From NCBI RefSeq assembly GCF_009914755.1, contig NC_060947.1: 64,000 bases of DNA; one strand, 5' to 3'. Source of the DNA: the human T2T-CHM13v2.0 reference genome, Homo sapiens. A program made the position numbers and the translations under genes. The notes beneath the pieces were generated by a model. The model did not search any database, was not told where the DNA came from, and saw only the letters and a list, made by a program, of their open reading frames with translations. This document shows, piece after piece, positions 26,158 to 40,351 of the stretch; position 1 is the stretch's first letter, and each line of letters begins with the position of its first letter.

Positions 26158-26448
26158 GTAGGGAGGGAGGTAGGGAGCCAGACAGTGGATCTGTATTTAC
26201 TGACAAAAAAGGATGCCTGTGATAGTTTTTAGGGAAAAAATAAAAAGCAAGTGACAGAATAATAAAGTAACATATGATATTGCTCTTATAAAAGTAATAT
26301 AAACACACATGGCCATGCACACAGACATAATATATAATGTCTGGAAGAATATACATCAAATTGTTAACAATATTTCCCCTAGAAAATGGATTGGGACTAT
26401 AGGAGAAGAATAAACTTTCCCTTTTTATTAAATACTTTGTACATTTCC

Positions 26449-26658
26449 TTTTTAAAAATTTATTTTTATATATTTAGAGAGTACAAGTGCAATTTCTTAC
26501 ATGCATGTATTGTGCAGTGGTGAAATCTGGGCTTTTAGTGCACCCATCACCTGAATAGTGTACATTGTACCCAGTGGGTAATTTTTCAATCCTCACCTCC
26601 CTCCCACCCTCCCAGCTTTTGGAGTCTCCAATCTATTATTTTACTCTATATGCCCATG
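26449..26658 (-). mobile_element. Short L1PB-like 3' end, copy 2
   Basis: Near-identical to copy 1; TSD ttgtacatttc on both sides. Confidence 0.8.
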
Positions 26659-27244
26659 TTGTACATTTCTTAATGCTTCAGTTTTTTAATGTTTACAATA
26701 AGAATGTATTAATTTTGTACTTTGTTTAACTAAAAAGAGGAACTTCAGATGATAATAACAAGCTACTAAAAGGAAGCAATTTATAACCGCTGACACCAAC
26801 TTGTCCAGAAAAGGGTAAAAAAAACAGATTAATACAATAGCAACTCCCTTCACCCACCAAAAGCACCCCTCTGTCTGCCATCTCTGTAAATGCCTATAGG
26901 CATTTGAACCCATAGTCAAAGTTTGTGTGAGTCACGATGGAAGCCTGGGAGATCAGAACAGGACTTTGAATATCACAGGCTCACTTGGCAATTGCAATAC
27001 TAGCTACACAATGGGCTGCAGAACCTATCTTTTAGAACTGCTTTATTGAGGCAAAATTAATATATAATAAACTACAGATTTCATAACATAAACTACACAT
27101 GTATCAAAACTGTATGTTTTGATAAATTTTGACATATGTATACACACCTATGAAACTATCACTGCAATCAAGGTAGTCAAAATACCCATTGTCCCTCCAC
27201 ATTTCCTCCCTACCCTCATCAATCACTGATCTAGCTGCAAAATA

Positions 27245-27543
27245 TTTTGTTTTGAGACAGGGGTTTGTTCTGTCCCCCAGGCTAGACTGTAGTTGTGCAA
27301 TCAAGGCTCACTGCAGCCTCGACTTCCTGGGCGTTAAGCCATCCTCCCACCTCAGCCTTCTGAGTAGCTGGAACTACAGGCACGTGCCACCACGTCTAGC
27401 TAATTTTTTATTTTTTGTAGAGATGGGTCTCCCTATGTTGCTGAGGCTGGTCTCAAACTCCTGGGTTGAAGCAATCCTCTCACCTCTCTCTCCTCAGCTT
27501 CCCAAAGTGCTGGAATTACAGGCGTGAACCACCACTCCTGGCT
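27245..27543 (-). mobile_element. Alu (AluJ-like)
   Basis: Alu consensus motifs. Confidence 0.9.
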
Positions 27544-27621
27544 TAGCTGCAGCGTTTAACTCATAAATGATAATTTATAACACAGCAAAAGCAAACAGAT
27601 GTTTTTGGAAAATACTCAACT

Positions 27622-27917
27622 AGTCCAGGCATGGTGGCTCACGCCTGTAATCCTGGCACTTTGGGAGGCTGAGGCAGATGGATCACCTGAGGTCAGGAGT
27701 TTGAGATCAGCCTGGCCAACGTGGTGAAACCCCGTCTCTACTAAAAATACAAAAATTAGCTGGGCGTGGTGGCGGGCGCCTGTAATGCCAGCTACTCGGG
27801 AGGCTGAGGCAGGAGAATCACTTGAACCTGGGAGGCGGAGGTTTCAGTGAGCCGAGATTGTGCCACTGCACTCCAGCTTGGGAGTCAGAGCGAGACTCTG
27901 TCTCAAAAAAAAAAAAA
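27622..27917 (+). mobile_element. Alu (AluSx-like)
   Basis: Full dimer with A-tail. Confidence 0.93.
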
Positions 27918-30900
27918 GGATTGTCATTTTCTCCCCTACACAATCCTTGTTTTTAACCCTGTTTAAGCCAAATACACAAAAACATAATCTATGCTTAGTT
28001 ATTATACTGTAGATATAGTTATGTATTTTATGCATATTTATATATTCATCAAAATATACATACCAAAATGTGTGGAATCACTAAGATCAAATTATTAGGC
28101 TTTGACTTAAAACTGACTCTTTAGAACAACTTAATTTGTCTCTAATTTCCCTTTTAATTAGCCTGTGCTTCAATTGACCGTAATGGTAGAATTCATTAAT
28201 AACTTTCCCATCATTTTCACCAATCACTATTATATGCATAGATTAATTTATTAAACAAAGTTTCAGGAGCCTAGATAAACCAAGCCTTAATGGCAAGAAA
28301 TGCCATAATCATGACCTTCACAAATTATCAAAAAGTCAAATTTTAATAAATATTTCTAGTATTCCCATATTCTATTGTGTTCACCATAACCTCCCCAATC
28401 CTCCCCACCCACATGCACATATCTTTCCTTTAGCCTTATGATTAAAAGCAACACTACTGAGATGACTTATTCTTTAATATCTTTGCATAGGAAAATGGGA
28501 GCTCCTCTAACCTTAAAAAATTATAGTTATTTAATAATGTTTACACAGTGTGCATTCTAGCAGTATCTTGTGTACGTAGCTTCACTAAAACATTTCACTC
28601 AACATGTTCCCAATGCCAAAACATTTCTAGGAGATTCTCAGAGAACACGGTCACCTCATCTTCCTTGCCTCTATATCTCGTAGCAAAGTTGATTGAATAA
28701 CAGTAGGATAAGGGAATAGAGAAAAGGAAATAGACTGGAGATGTTGTCACAAGCCTAAAATGTTTATTTTAACCAGCAGTGAAACCTCAGTAAATTCTGC
28801 ACAGTCTGCATCCTAAGACATTCCAATATCTTCTCCTGTTTCAGGAGATACTGGAGAGATTCACCTAATATATCTCAGGATTTTTAGATCAGAAATATAA
28901 CTTGAAACTTTAAAAGCACTTGAGTAATCAGCAAAGTAGCCACCTATTCATTCTCTCTTGCTTGTTCTCACTCTCATAAATATTTGCTGTCATAGTATTA
29001 GAAAGGCCATTTGAATGAGGTACTTAAAAAAAAAGTGGAAAAAATAGGACCATCTATGCAATCAATATCCTCTTTCAAAGTAGCTCTTTGCTGCCTTTCT
29101 TTTTTCTCCAGGCTTTTGAATTTTAAGGTTAGTCATTTTGAAAACATTTAAGATGTATGCAATTATACAACATATTTATGGAAATAGCAGGGAAGCCAGA
29201 ATTTATTTGGGTCAAATTAACCTAGCCAATTTTCAATTTTCTGGCTACTACAGAATCCCAGTATATCTTGACCAAATAAAAACATTCCATGGTTCTTCAG
29301 TCAAGATGCCACGCATGGACGTTCAAGTATTCTGACACGCCATTAGCCCAACAACATTTTAAAACTGAGGCTGACCATATGCTCTGATCTTGAATAATTT
29401 AAAAATCACATCATTAAAATGAGTGGCACTCAGTTTTGCAATAATAAGAATATAGCCAATATATGGCCCGACAAATGACCGAATTCCAAAATTAAAATGG
29501 TCTGGGCTTATGGGGGCACTGGGGGCTTTCTGGGCAGAATGGAAGGGATTTTTGGAGATGCACAGCCATTTGGCAATGATAAATTTGCAACAATGAAATA
29601 TTAGAGTCCTACTGAGAGAGAATCTCTTCTACCACCATTCAAAGAAAATCAGCTCGAAGGTAGAATTTAGTATGTGGAATTTTGATCCTGAGATGAAGAA
29701 AGCTGGATTCACATTAATTTAACTCTGAGCAACTTAATTTCCTGTTTTCTTTTCCTTGTGTTAAAACATCATCCTAAAGTTTCCGTATGTGGTAATGTTT
29801 GTGGAAGCAAAGTGTTCTGAGTGTTTCTGAGGCTAATAGAAAATAAATTAGCCTGAAGAAAAGTCTTGTGTTGGCCTTTCTGTGCAAATGCATTCACATA
29901 ACTAACTCTAAGCTAGTGTGTATAGGAGTCATTCCAAGATAACAAGGGAAGAAGCTATTTTTAAAAACCTGCACAGAGCAGTCAGCAGACCTATCTGACC
30001 AGTCCTTTGGTCTTTTGCCCCTTCTTCTGCACCAGGAACATTTTTATTGAAGAACACCTCTCTCCAGACACCTCCAGCCAGGAATGCTGCTTTATACCTT
30101 GGATTAATAAACAATGCTACTGAAGAAGACTCACTGCTTTCTCTTCTCATGAAAAAAAAAAAAAGCTATCAGGGAATTAAAGGAATGTGGCTGAGTATCT
30201 TCCATACTTTTGCCTCCATCATTGAATAATCAGTATTATTTGTGGGAAATGCGTATCATGAGGTTGCCAGTGTTTTGCTTCTCAGTTGTATTTCCACAAT
30301 CTGAAAATTACCAGCAAAATTCCTGCCCACCAGTCGCCACCTACAGGTCAAAAGCAACCTTCACACGGGACCCTGCTTTGCACTATTACACAGTTTTTGA
30401 GAGTAACAGTACTTCCCAACCTTTTAAAAATCCCAAGGTAAACTTATTTGAATACAAGTCCCACAGAATAGGATATTATCCAATACCTCGTGCTGAAAAT
30501 GTGATCAAGGGAAGAAAGACTGGAGAAGCCACAATTCACTTGAACTCTTCACAGTGGACCAAAATGAAGTTATGGCATCCTAACCAGGGAATAGTGCCAG
30601 AGAGAAAAAGGTACAAAGTCAAAAGCGAATGAAATTATTTTAAAATTAAGACAACTGTATATTAACAATATTCAGCATGAACAGCATGTAAGATTTACAC
30701 CATTGTATATACCATCATGATCTGATTTTTGCACCTGTTTTATTAGCAATTCCAGATATTGATATGGTCAACACAATTCCTCATTTTTCATGCCTATAGA
30801 GAGTTTCTCTCGAAATTCTGTACAATTACAATGTGTCAATAAAAATTAAATGTTGTTAAAAAAGAAATTCTATATAGAGAAAAATTCTATAGAAACTCTA

Positions 30901-31048
30901 TACTTACTATATATTTAGTTGGATATTCTCCCTGGGGATTTGTGTCTTCAATTATTTTTGAAAGAGCATAACTCTTTCCAAAAGAGTACTGCCACTACTC
31001 TACACTACTATTATGAGAACAAGTGCTACCATGGAAATCTTTGTGTAA

Positions 31049-31378
<330 letters not shown>

Positions 31379-31559
31379 TATGTAAATATTTTTTAAAAGC
31401 CAATTTATTAGGCCATCAGCATTATTAACATACTTGATTCCCCTGCAGTCCTGATCACACTGGATCATTATCATTTTTATTTCTGTTACCTTTATTAGTA
31501 TAAAATGACAACTTAAAGCAGCTTTAATTTGCATTTAATTTTATGTAGGCTGTAGTTCC

Positions 31560-32510
31560 AGCCAACTTTTATATTGATATTCAACTGCCTATTCAATGTC
31601 TCCAGTTGAATGTATCATTGGCATCTCAACCTAACAAGTGCATCAGAGCCCTTAATTTGCATCTCCTAAACCTGTCCTCCACATCACACTTGCTCCCCTG
31701 ATTCCCAGTGATTCCCAGCTCCCTAAGTAGAGCCACCCTGCACCCAGGCGCTTAGGCTCAAAACCTAGGAGTTAATCCTTCCAAAAGTCTTTTTGACTCC
31801 ACCTTTACCACAAATCCCAAATTCATCTCCATCTTCGCTGCTACCCCCCAGTCCAGGCCACTGTGATCTCTCACCTGGATTACTGCAACAGCCTCCTAAC
31901 TGGTCCTTCTTCTTCCATCCTTGCCCCTACAGAGTCTACTCTACACAACAGCCAATGTCATATTTTTAAAAACCTAAATCAGATCATGTCACTCCTCTGT
32001 TCAAAACCCTCCAGCAGCATCTCATCATGTTTTGAATGAAATCCAAACTACTTACCTTCAAAACATGGCCCCCGCCCACCTCTTTCAACTCAGCTTTTTA
32101 CCCTTCTCCCTATTACCCTTGTTCTCTCCATCTCACCCCACTGGCCTTTTTACTGCCCCTCAAATGCATCAGGTTCACTCCTCAGGCCTTTGCTCTTGTG
32201 GTTCCCTCTACCTGAAGGGTTCTCCTTCAAGATTTTCTCATGGCTGGCTCCTTCACTTTGCTCTCATTTGACTTGAATGTCACCTCCTCAGAGAAGCCTG
32301 CCCTAAACACTCTCTGAAATAGCACTGCTATCACCCCTGTGACTTGGTAGCCTATCATACCATTTTATTTTCACTGTAACACAGAAACCATCTGATCATC
32401 CTGTGTCATTGTTAACATTTTATTTTTAATCTGCATCTGTCTGGTTCACCATTATATCTTTAGAGCCTAGAACAGTACCTAACATATAGTAGGAACTTAA
32501 TAATGCTAAA
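31560..32510 (-). mobile_element. L2 LINE remnant
   Basis: L2 hallmarks tctctcacctggattactgcaacagcctcctaactggtc, cagatcatgtcactcctctgttcaaaaccctcca, cctagaacagtacctaacatatagtagg. Confidence 0.8.
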
Positions 32511-32565
32511 TCTTATGTAAAACAGAGACTTTGTGCAATAACTACATTTAAAAGATGTTACTTCC

Positions 32566-32860
<295 letters not shown>

Positions 32861-34806
32861 TTACTTCCCTACTTAAAATACTAATAACAGCACCTAAAGA
32901 CCCACAGTGAAATGATAATGCAGACTTGCTTGTTCTTTTGGACTCCTAGACCTATTAACATTAATCAGTGAACATTGAGATTAATTTAAGTGTACCTACC
33001 AAGCACCTTTAAGACAGTTTGGGGACCACAGTGAAGAGTCACCCTCAAACAACTGAGTCTAGAAAGGGAAAGAAATTGAGACAATTAACTGGAATCTAAG
33101 GAAGAAAATGGTGAATGTCAGGAGAGACATTTGGTACTTTGGGCTACAGACAAGCAATAATGGTTTTAACATTCTTTCACATGAGTGTTAAAATTCCTGA
33201 GAATAGGCTACAGTCATGTTTAAGTGTGTCAGTATTGCTCCCTTCAAGAGTGTTGGGACATGCATAAAAATAGTTGTAGCTGTCACAATAACTAGCATAG
33301 GGAGGACACCACTGCCATTTTGTAAGCAAGGGGCCAGCGATGCTAACTGCCCTGAAGTTCCTAAACAGACCTGCACAACAAAGAACTCCGCACCTCAAAT
33401 GCCAACACAGAGTGGCTTATACCTGCCCATCTAAAACGTATGGACCACTTTCTGGGACTCCAGATTAATATTTTTAACATGCTATCTTTTAGGTAGTCAC
33501 TTCGGGGTTTTTTCCCCCCCCCCGCAATTTTTTTTAAATCTTTTTGACCCAGATCCTATACACATCAACTATTCAGCAAACAGAAAACCTGAGTGCAAGC
33601 AAAGGATGAAGAACAGCAAGGCCCACCAGAATGTCTCTTTGGGGCCCTAGCACAGCGGGCTTTCAGCCCCAGGCCCAAAGAAAGCTACTATCTATGGATA
33701 ATGCTCCACAATGAGGTACACAGCATTCCTGTGTGTTAAGATTATTCACCCTTCACAGAGACAGTTTCACTGCATGTCTGACAATTTCCTAATTACACAA
33801 TAAGACAAGAAGCTAATCCTGAGTGTGAAACTTCCCAAGTGGGGGCTTGTTTCCCTTGAGCAGTGGCCCAGGGCCTACAGGATTAGGCAGGTACTAAGCA
33901 CGGGGGCTGGGGACTGGGTAGGACCATGGGAAAGCAGAGCACCTGCCCCTTGCTAAAGAAGTCAGTTCTGCACAGCTTTGCCCTCCACAAGTGAAATGCA
34001 GACCAGACCTTCCAGCATTTCAAGATAAGCTGGAAATCCTGATCCTTACTGAGTTCTTTTGCTTTTTCAACATTGACCACTAATTCAATTGCTTTTTCAA
34101 ATCCTGTGCAGGCCGCAGCACACTCATCTAAGGCTGAGTTTGACCCAGGGCCCCTAGCGTGTTCCTTCTGCACACTGGACCCAGGAATGTATTTGGTTGC
34201 ACATGTCTGCTACTCTGTAGGGGTTCAGGAAATCCAAAAACAATGTCTAAATGTGCTACCATTGGGTAAGGTTCTCAAGAATGAGAAATGAGAATGAGGA
34301 TGAGAGAGGCACATGCTGGTCACACCAGGTGACTGATACTGCCTTTGCCATGCTCTTCCTTGCCCCAAAATTCTCAACATCCCCCACTTCTTACTGCTTC
34401 AGGTAACAGTTTCCCTTCAAAGGTCTCCAAAACATGATCCTACCCACCTTGCCAGCCCTATTTTCACCACACCCGTGTGTCCATCCCCCATTCTAGTTGG
34501 GCCAGTCTTCCTTGAGTTCCTTTAAAGATGTTGATCCCCTCAGCCAAATATCCCATCTCCTCATCTAAAGCCTACTCACCCTTCAAAACCTTGCTCCATT
34601 TCACCTCTTTTATGCAACCTTCTCTGTGACAGTAAAAACCAAAATGCTTTTGAGCTCCAGGTCTGGTGTCAAGCAGATCTGGGTTCAAATCCCGCCTCTG
34701 CCACTGACCAGCTTGGTGACATCCTTGGGCATGCTACCTAACCTCTTTGAGCTTCAGAAGATGATAATAGTGCCTACCTTACAGGTGGGATTAAATAAAA
34801 TGATGT

Positions 34807-35105
34807 GGCCAGGTGCAGTGGCTCACGCCTGTAATCCCAGCACTTTGGGAGGCTGAGGCAGGTGAATCATTTGAGGTCAGGAGTTCGAGACCACCCTGGC
34901 CAACATGGTGAAACCCCATCTCTACCAACAACACAAAAATTAGCAGGGTGTAGTGGCGTGCACCTTTAATCCCAGCTACTCGGGAGGCTGAGGCAGGAGA
35001 ATCATTTGAACCCAGGAGATGGAGGCTGCAGTAAGCCGAGATCATGCACTGCACTCCAGCCTGGGTAACAAGAGTGAAACTCTGTCTCAAAATAAATAAA
35101 TTAAT
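34807..35105 (+). mobile_element. Alu inserted in a MIR (~34660-35160)
   Basis: Full dimer; flanks show MIR motifs gggttcaaatcccgcctctgccact ... agtaagtgttcagtaaat. Confidence 0.9.
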
Positions 35106-35529
35106 TAAAATGATCCAAGTAAAGTACTTAACTTCCAGTAAGTGTTCAGTAAATTTTCATTATTATTATGACTACCAAATTTTCACTGACCTTCCTCTTC
35201 TTCTGCAAGTGCTCCAGCCCTTGCGCTGTCTCTTCTGAGCAAAGGGCAACTAGATTCCATGATGTCCACATTTGCTCTGTGCCCCAGGCATTAGCCTGCC
35301 TCAGCCCACAGCTTGGTTTTATAGCTTCTTAAAGTGCCAGAAGCATGTTGGATACAACATAGAACCCACAGACCCAAGTGTACACTGAATCAGAGAGTTG
35401 GACAACTACCAGCGCCCTGGCTCTGAAATAACTCAGCAAAAGTCTCTCTCTCTCTAGCAAAGGTAGGAATGCATGCTGGGAAGATAAACTGCTTCACTGT
35501 TTGGAATAAGTCTCTCTCTCACACACGCA

Positions 35530-35564
35530 TCACCACCACCACCACCACCACCACCACCACCACC
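35530..35564. repeat. (CAC)n trinucleotide microsatellite
   Basis: About 11 uninterrupted cac units. Confidence 0.95.
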
Positions 35565-36599
35565 ATTATCATCTCCATGTTCTCTAACCTCTGTACCTCG
35601 CCTTTCTTACTGTGGGTAGAGATGACACATAAAGCCAGCAAAGGCCACTCTCTTCACGTAAGTGTATGATGGGAACTTGGACAAACAGGCTGCACTGCAG
35701 GTATACTCTTTGGCTGGAACAAAATGGAAAGCCACTACAAAAGCCAAGGTGGACTCTGCAGGCCCTGTCCCCCTCCTGCCCAATGTTACTCCACCTCAAG
35801 TCAGCCCCATCCATCCTGATGTGTGTGGCAGCTGGGATCCTCCGGGCACCTTTGCCAGCAGGCCTATTCCACTAGTCACTTTCCTCTGTGCTCCACAAGG
35901 GTTGAAGGAAAAATCCCTTCATGGAAGTTACTCCATGCTTCAAGTTACTCCATTCTTTGAAGGCCTCCCCCAGCCTCTCTCCCCTCCCCCCGCCTCTCTC
36001 CCCTCCTCCCAAAAAACCAGAGCACAGAAAAATGTAACTGCTGGAATGTCACATGCTTCAAAAGGCAAACAAACAAAAAACCAGAATTTGAGAGGTCCCA
36101 ACATATTTTTCCAAAAAATGGTTTTCTTAGCATGAAGAACGAGCCCTACCGATTGCACTGCACAAGTTTACACTCTCAACAGCATGAAGTTCCAAGGTTA
36201 GATCAGACATAGGCCGGAAAACAGGGCGAAATGGGCATGATCTTTGAGATCATATTCTCAATCTAGAAAAGACACCAAGAAGAGGCCCAAAGGGTAACCA
36301 GTTTCCCATACTGGAACCCAGCGTTCCAATACACGTTTGTTACCCCTCGGAGTTAGCAGCACTAGAAAGTTCTGCCTCCTGTAATGGTCGACTTTAAATA
36401 AAAACACAAAAAGCAGGAGACCAAAAGGCGGCACGGGTCCCAAGGACCACGACTATGATTTCCCCTGAGTGCGGGTATGGCATGCATATCCTACAGCATG
36501 GGCCTCCCCAACTTGATTCTTCCCCTCGCCTCTCGGCCCACCAACCCAAGCTCAGGATCTTGCATCCCGAAAGCGTTGTGGGTGAGCAAGCCACAGTCA

Positions 36600-38000
36600 G
36601 ATTAAAACGGTCTTAATCCACCCCGCCGGAAACCTCAAGCCGAGACTCAGAATCTCTTGAGAAGTCCCTAAAGCCAAGGACGAGGGTCATCAGGGGGCGG
36701 CAGCGGCAGAGCCCTGCTAATGATGGGCACTTGGCGTACCGGTCGAGCAGGAGAGGGCACCTTCAGTTCCCATTAGCGGGATGTCACTGCCAACGTGCCT
36801 CAGGGGAATGCCTCGACCTTCGCCCAACAGCGGCCTGGGTGAGCCCTCGAGTGGGTTCCGGTGCGCTCCCTGGCTCAGCGGGGTCTCGAGTGAGGGGAGA
36901 GTGGACCTGGAAGAGCCTAGGCGTTACTCTGGAAAACGTGACTCTGCTGGGGCAAGCGGGGAACTCGGGTCTCTTGCGCAGCCCCTCCCCAGTCCCTACC
37001 GAAGGCCCAGCGTGGCTGCCTCCTCTGAGGACAGAGCCGAGGGCATTTACCGGGAGCTTCAGGAACCGTTCGTCTCTACTCCAGGATCCGGTAGGATAAC
37101 GGGACTGCCGCCGCCGTCCCTGCCGCTGCCGCCAACGTCTATGCCGCCGTCGTCGCCTCCCTCTAACCGCCGCAGTCGCAACCGTCAGCGGTCCCAGTCA
37201 CCCCGTGCGACTGTCGCTCGCGAGGCCAGCTGTTGAATGGCTCGCGTCGAGCTCACCGCGCGCAGAAGCGTCCTCGCTAAGAGGGCAACGCTGGCGCGCG
37301 ACCCGGTGCCAACGCCCCGTGACCTCCTCGATCCCCTGAGGCTCTGGCGAGCTCACCGCGGCTGCCTAGTAGCTCGCGACTGCGGGTTCGTCTGCCCGCG
37401 CGCGGGCTGCCCTCAGAGCTCTGCCGCCCTGGCGGCTCGCCCTGAACTTGCAGGCAAGACCAGTGGCAATGATGGACTCTTCCCGCCCCCTGATTCCCCC
37501 AGGGCCAATCGCCTTCTCCTGAGGAGCCCTTCAAGTAACCCCGCCCCTCTCCTGCTGCAAAGGCCGAGCCAAAGTTTACCCCAAGGCGCCGCTACTCCCG
37601 AAGATTTCGAGGCTTTGATCATGCTACTCCCCCGTCAACCCCTACGAAGTTACAGTGATTTAGAGGCTGAAACTCACTTGGCCTACTAACCCCCACGCGA
37701 CCTATTTCCTTTGAAAAAACGAGTATACAACTAACGAGAGAGGTGATGTTGTTCACCTCATCCCTGAAGTGGGACTGCTGAGAAGTGGCCACGCGCTCGG
37801 CCAAATTTACACATCAGGGAGTGAGGAAGAACCACAAAGGCCATCGACTGACTATCCTCGCATTGTTTTTTTCTGTTTCTGGGGCCTGCTTTCGGAGGCT
37901 GGCCAACTTCCAGCGACCAGGACTCACTGGCTCCGTGTACCACCGTTCGGGTCTCCGACTTCCTGGCTTGAGAGTGAGCGAAACCGGTCCCCTGGTAACT
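36600..38000. promoter_or_regulatory. AKAP17BP: CpG island, probable promoter and non-coding exon 1 of the AKAP17B-type locus (- strand)
   Basis: Dense CpG, not repeat-derived; CCAAT 37505-37509, CTCGCGAG 37217-37224; minus strand GGCGGC-rich 5'UTR-like stretch with candidate donor TCG|gtaggg at 37000; the ATG exon has an acceptor and needs an upstream exon. Confidence 0.7.
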
Positions 38001-40351
38001 TCTGCACGTTTGAGGACATGCAAAGTCAGTCTTGTTCCTCCTGCCCATGGTGGTCCAACAATTTGAACACAATTCCAGCCACGTTCCTCCAGGCTCTGTT
38101 GCTCTAAAGACCTGGGTTCAAGGCTCGTCTCTGAATTTAATTCCTTTATATCTTTTGAAAGTGGAAGGCAGGAACTGAGTCTATCCTTTACACCCCACCC
38201 CACCCCAGAGTATAGACCCTTCAGCACAGAGGAGACCAGGATGGCCAAGTCCCTTATATAGACTTCTCTGGTGGAGCTCCCTCAGGTAGCATTCACTTTC
38301 TTGACTTCCATATCACAAGGCCCATTCTATAGAATATAGTTTTAATATATAATTAAAACTACAGAATATAGCTTAATATAGTTATAATATTTTGAATATT
38401 TTTATGCTTCAAAATAAAATCAAATATAACCATATTTTGTATCATTTAATCTCTTAAGTTATATTCCATCCAATATAAAACAAATCTGTGTACACTGATG
38501 CAGTATACATAATCATTTCAGTTAAATAAATTGACCTGAAAATTTAATAGCTATTCCTTATTGTGTTAGGTACCATGAAAAGGGTTTTACATATACAAAC
38601 TGTATAAAGGTATTTAGTACTAATTAAAAAACTGTGACCGAAATTCCATTTTTTGTCCCCATTTTTTAAATGAAGAAACCGAGGCATAGAAAGTTTAAGC
38701 TACAGCCCTACATGAGCGATTAAATAACGAGAGCTGAGATTCTAATCTGAGCAATTTAGTTCTAGATGCTATGCTGCTGATCATTACGTTGATTTGTATT
38801 TTAGGTTATCCAATGCTCCAAATGGGATATATTAAAGTAATAACAATGGGAAAATTGCTTCTCTTGTCATCTAAAGCTTTTTGTTGTTGTTGTTGAATCT
38901 TAATGATTTTGTGCTTTAATTACTTTAGTGAAATATTTTCTTTTCTAATGCATAGACTATTGGGGAAAAGTAAAACAGAATTCAGCTTATCAATAAATGA
39001 TATTCCTGTTAGTGTATTTCCGGGACTTTTGTTTCAAACAATATACATGAAGAATGCATGCCATTCATTTCATTTTGGGGCATAAGCAACAACAATTAAA
39101 AATAAAAACAAAAATAGAAATAATACCAAGAAAACTGACTTGAAAACCTATTACTACCAATGTCTGGGAAAAAAAATCATGGTTCAAAATCTAGTTATTC
39201 CCACTTATTAGCTTTATAACACAGCTTGGGCAAGTGACTTAATTTTCTAGGCCACTATTTTTTCATTTGCACAATGAGAATAATTCTTTGCAATGTCGTT
39301 TTGAACATTGGTATTTGGAACACCTAACCCAGAGACTGGCACATTGTGAGCATTTAATAAATGTCAGTGACATAATGCTTCAATCTCATCTTTTAATGAA
39401 AAGGCTTTCCTGGAGTGAGACCAAACCCTTGAATATACCAGTTACAAGAAGAGATTATCAGAAAAATTAGTCTTTTTTTAAAGATTTGCACAAAATATTT
39501 AGCAACAGAACTACCCTGTTATGCTATCATTTGATATATATTTTCAAAATATAATGTCACTCTAAGTGACATAATCAGTAAACATAGCACAGATAAACCT
39601 AAAAAAATTCCTAATCCTAGTTGTTACTCTTATAATAATCCTTTATTACTTAAATTATAATTAGAAAAGCCTTAACAAAACTAAAATTCTTAAAACATCT
39701 ACATTTTAATGTAAGTTAAATACATCATAAGTGTAAGACACCATTAAAATTTAGAAAAATAAAACCTAAAGAGCAGTAAGCAATATGGCTTAGAATTCCC
39801 TCTAGCATTGCAAAATAAAAATAAAAGGGGCTTAAGCAGTTTCTTTTATTTGATGTGGCTTTCTCTTGAAGAATATAAATTTGATAGCAGATACCCAATT
39901 ATCTTATTAAGGTCCATATCCATACACAGGGCAGAAAATTATCATTAATTTTCAACCGAAGTGACAACAGAATCCAAATATTAGAAAGAAAACAAATTTT
40001 TAACTTTTGCTGCCATAAATCCTTTATAACCCCCAATCAGTAATGCCTGTTTACTATCAAGTTTTAAGGTGAATAAAAAAAATCCAAGCAGATTATTCAA
40101 GTGTTCAATAATTTGAAATGCTGCCATTCTATTCTAGACCTTTGGAAATCAACGTGAGAAATGAATCAGGTTGCAAGGGATTCACCTACTGTAAGCTTCC
40201 TTCTGAGTCTGGACAAAATAAGAGTTATGTTATGTAGCATTGGAAAAGTGTCATGTAGCATTGATTTACTATGTTACTGATAGCACTGAAAAAAAAATCA
40301 ACTTACCTTACCCGAGAAACAGCAAAAAGTGCAGTCTCCAAATGTTGTACT

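Noticed and set aside
36731-38248. Overlapping 85-151 aa ORFs in the CpG island
   Set aside because: Expected in GC-rich DNA, mostly non-ATG starts, no homology recognised
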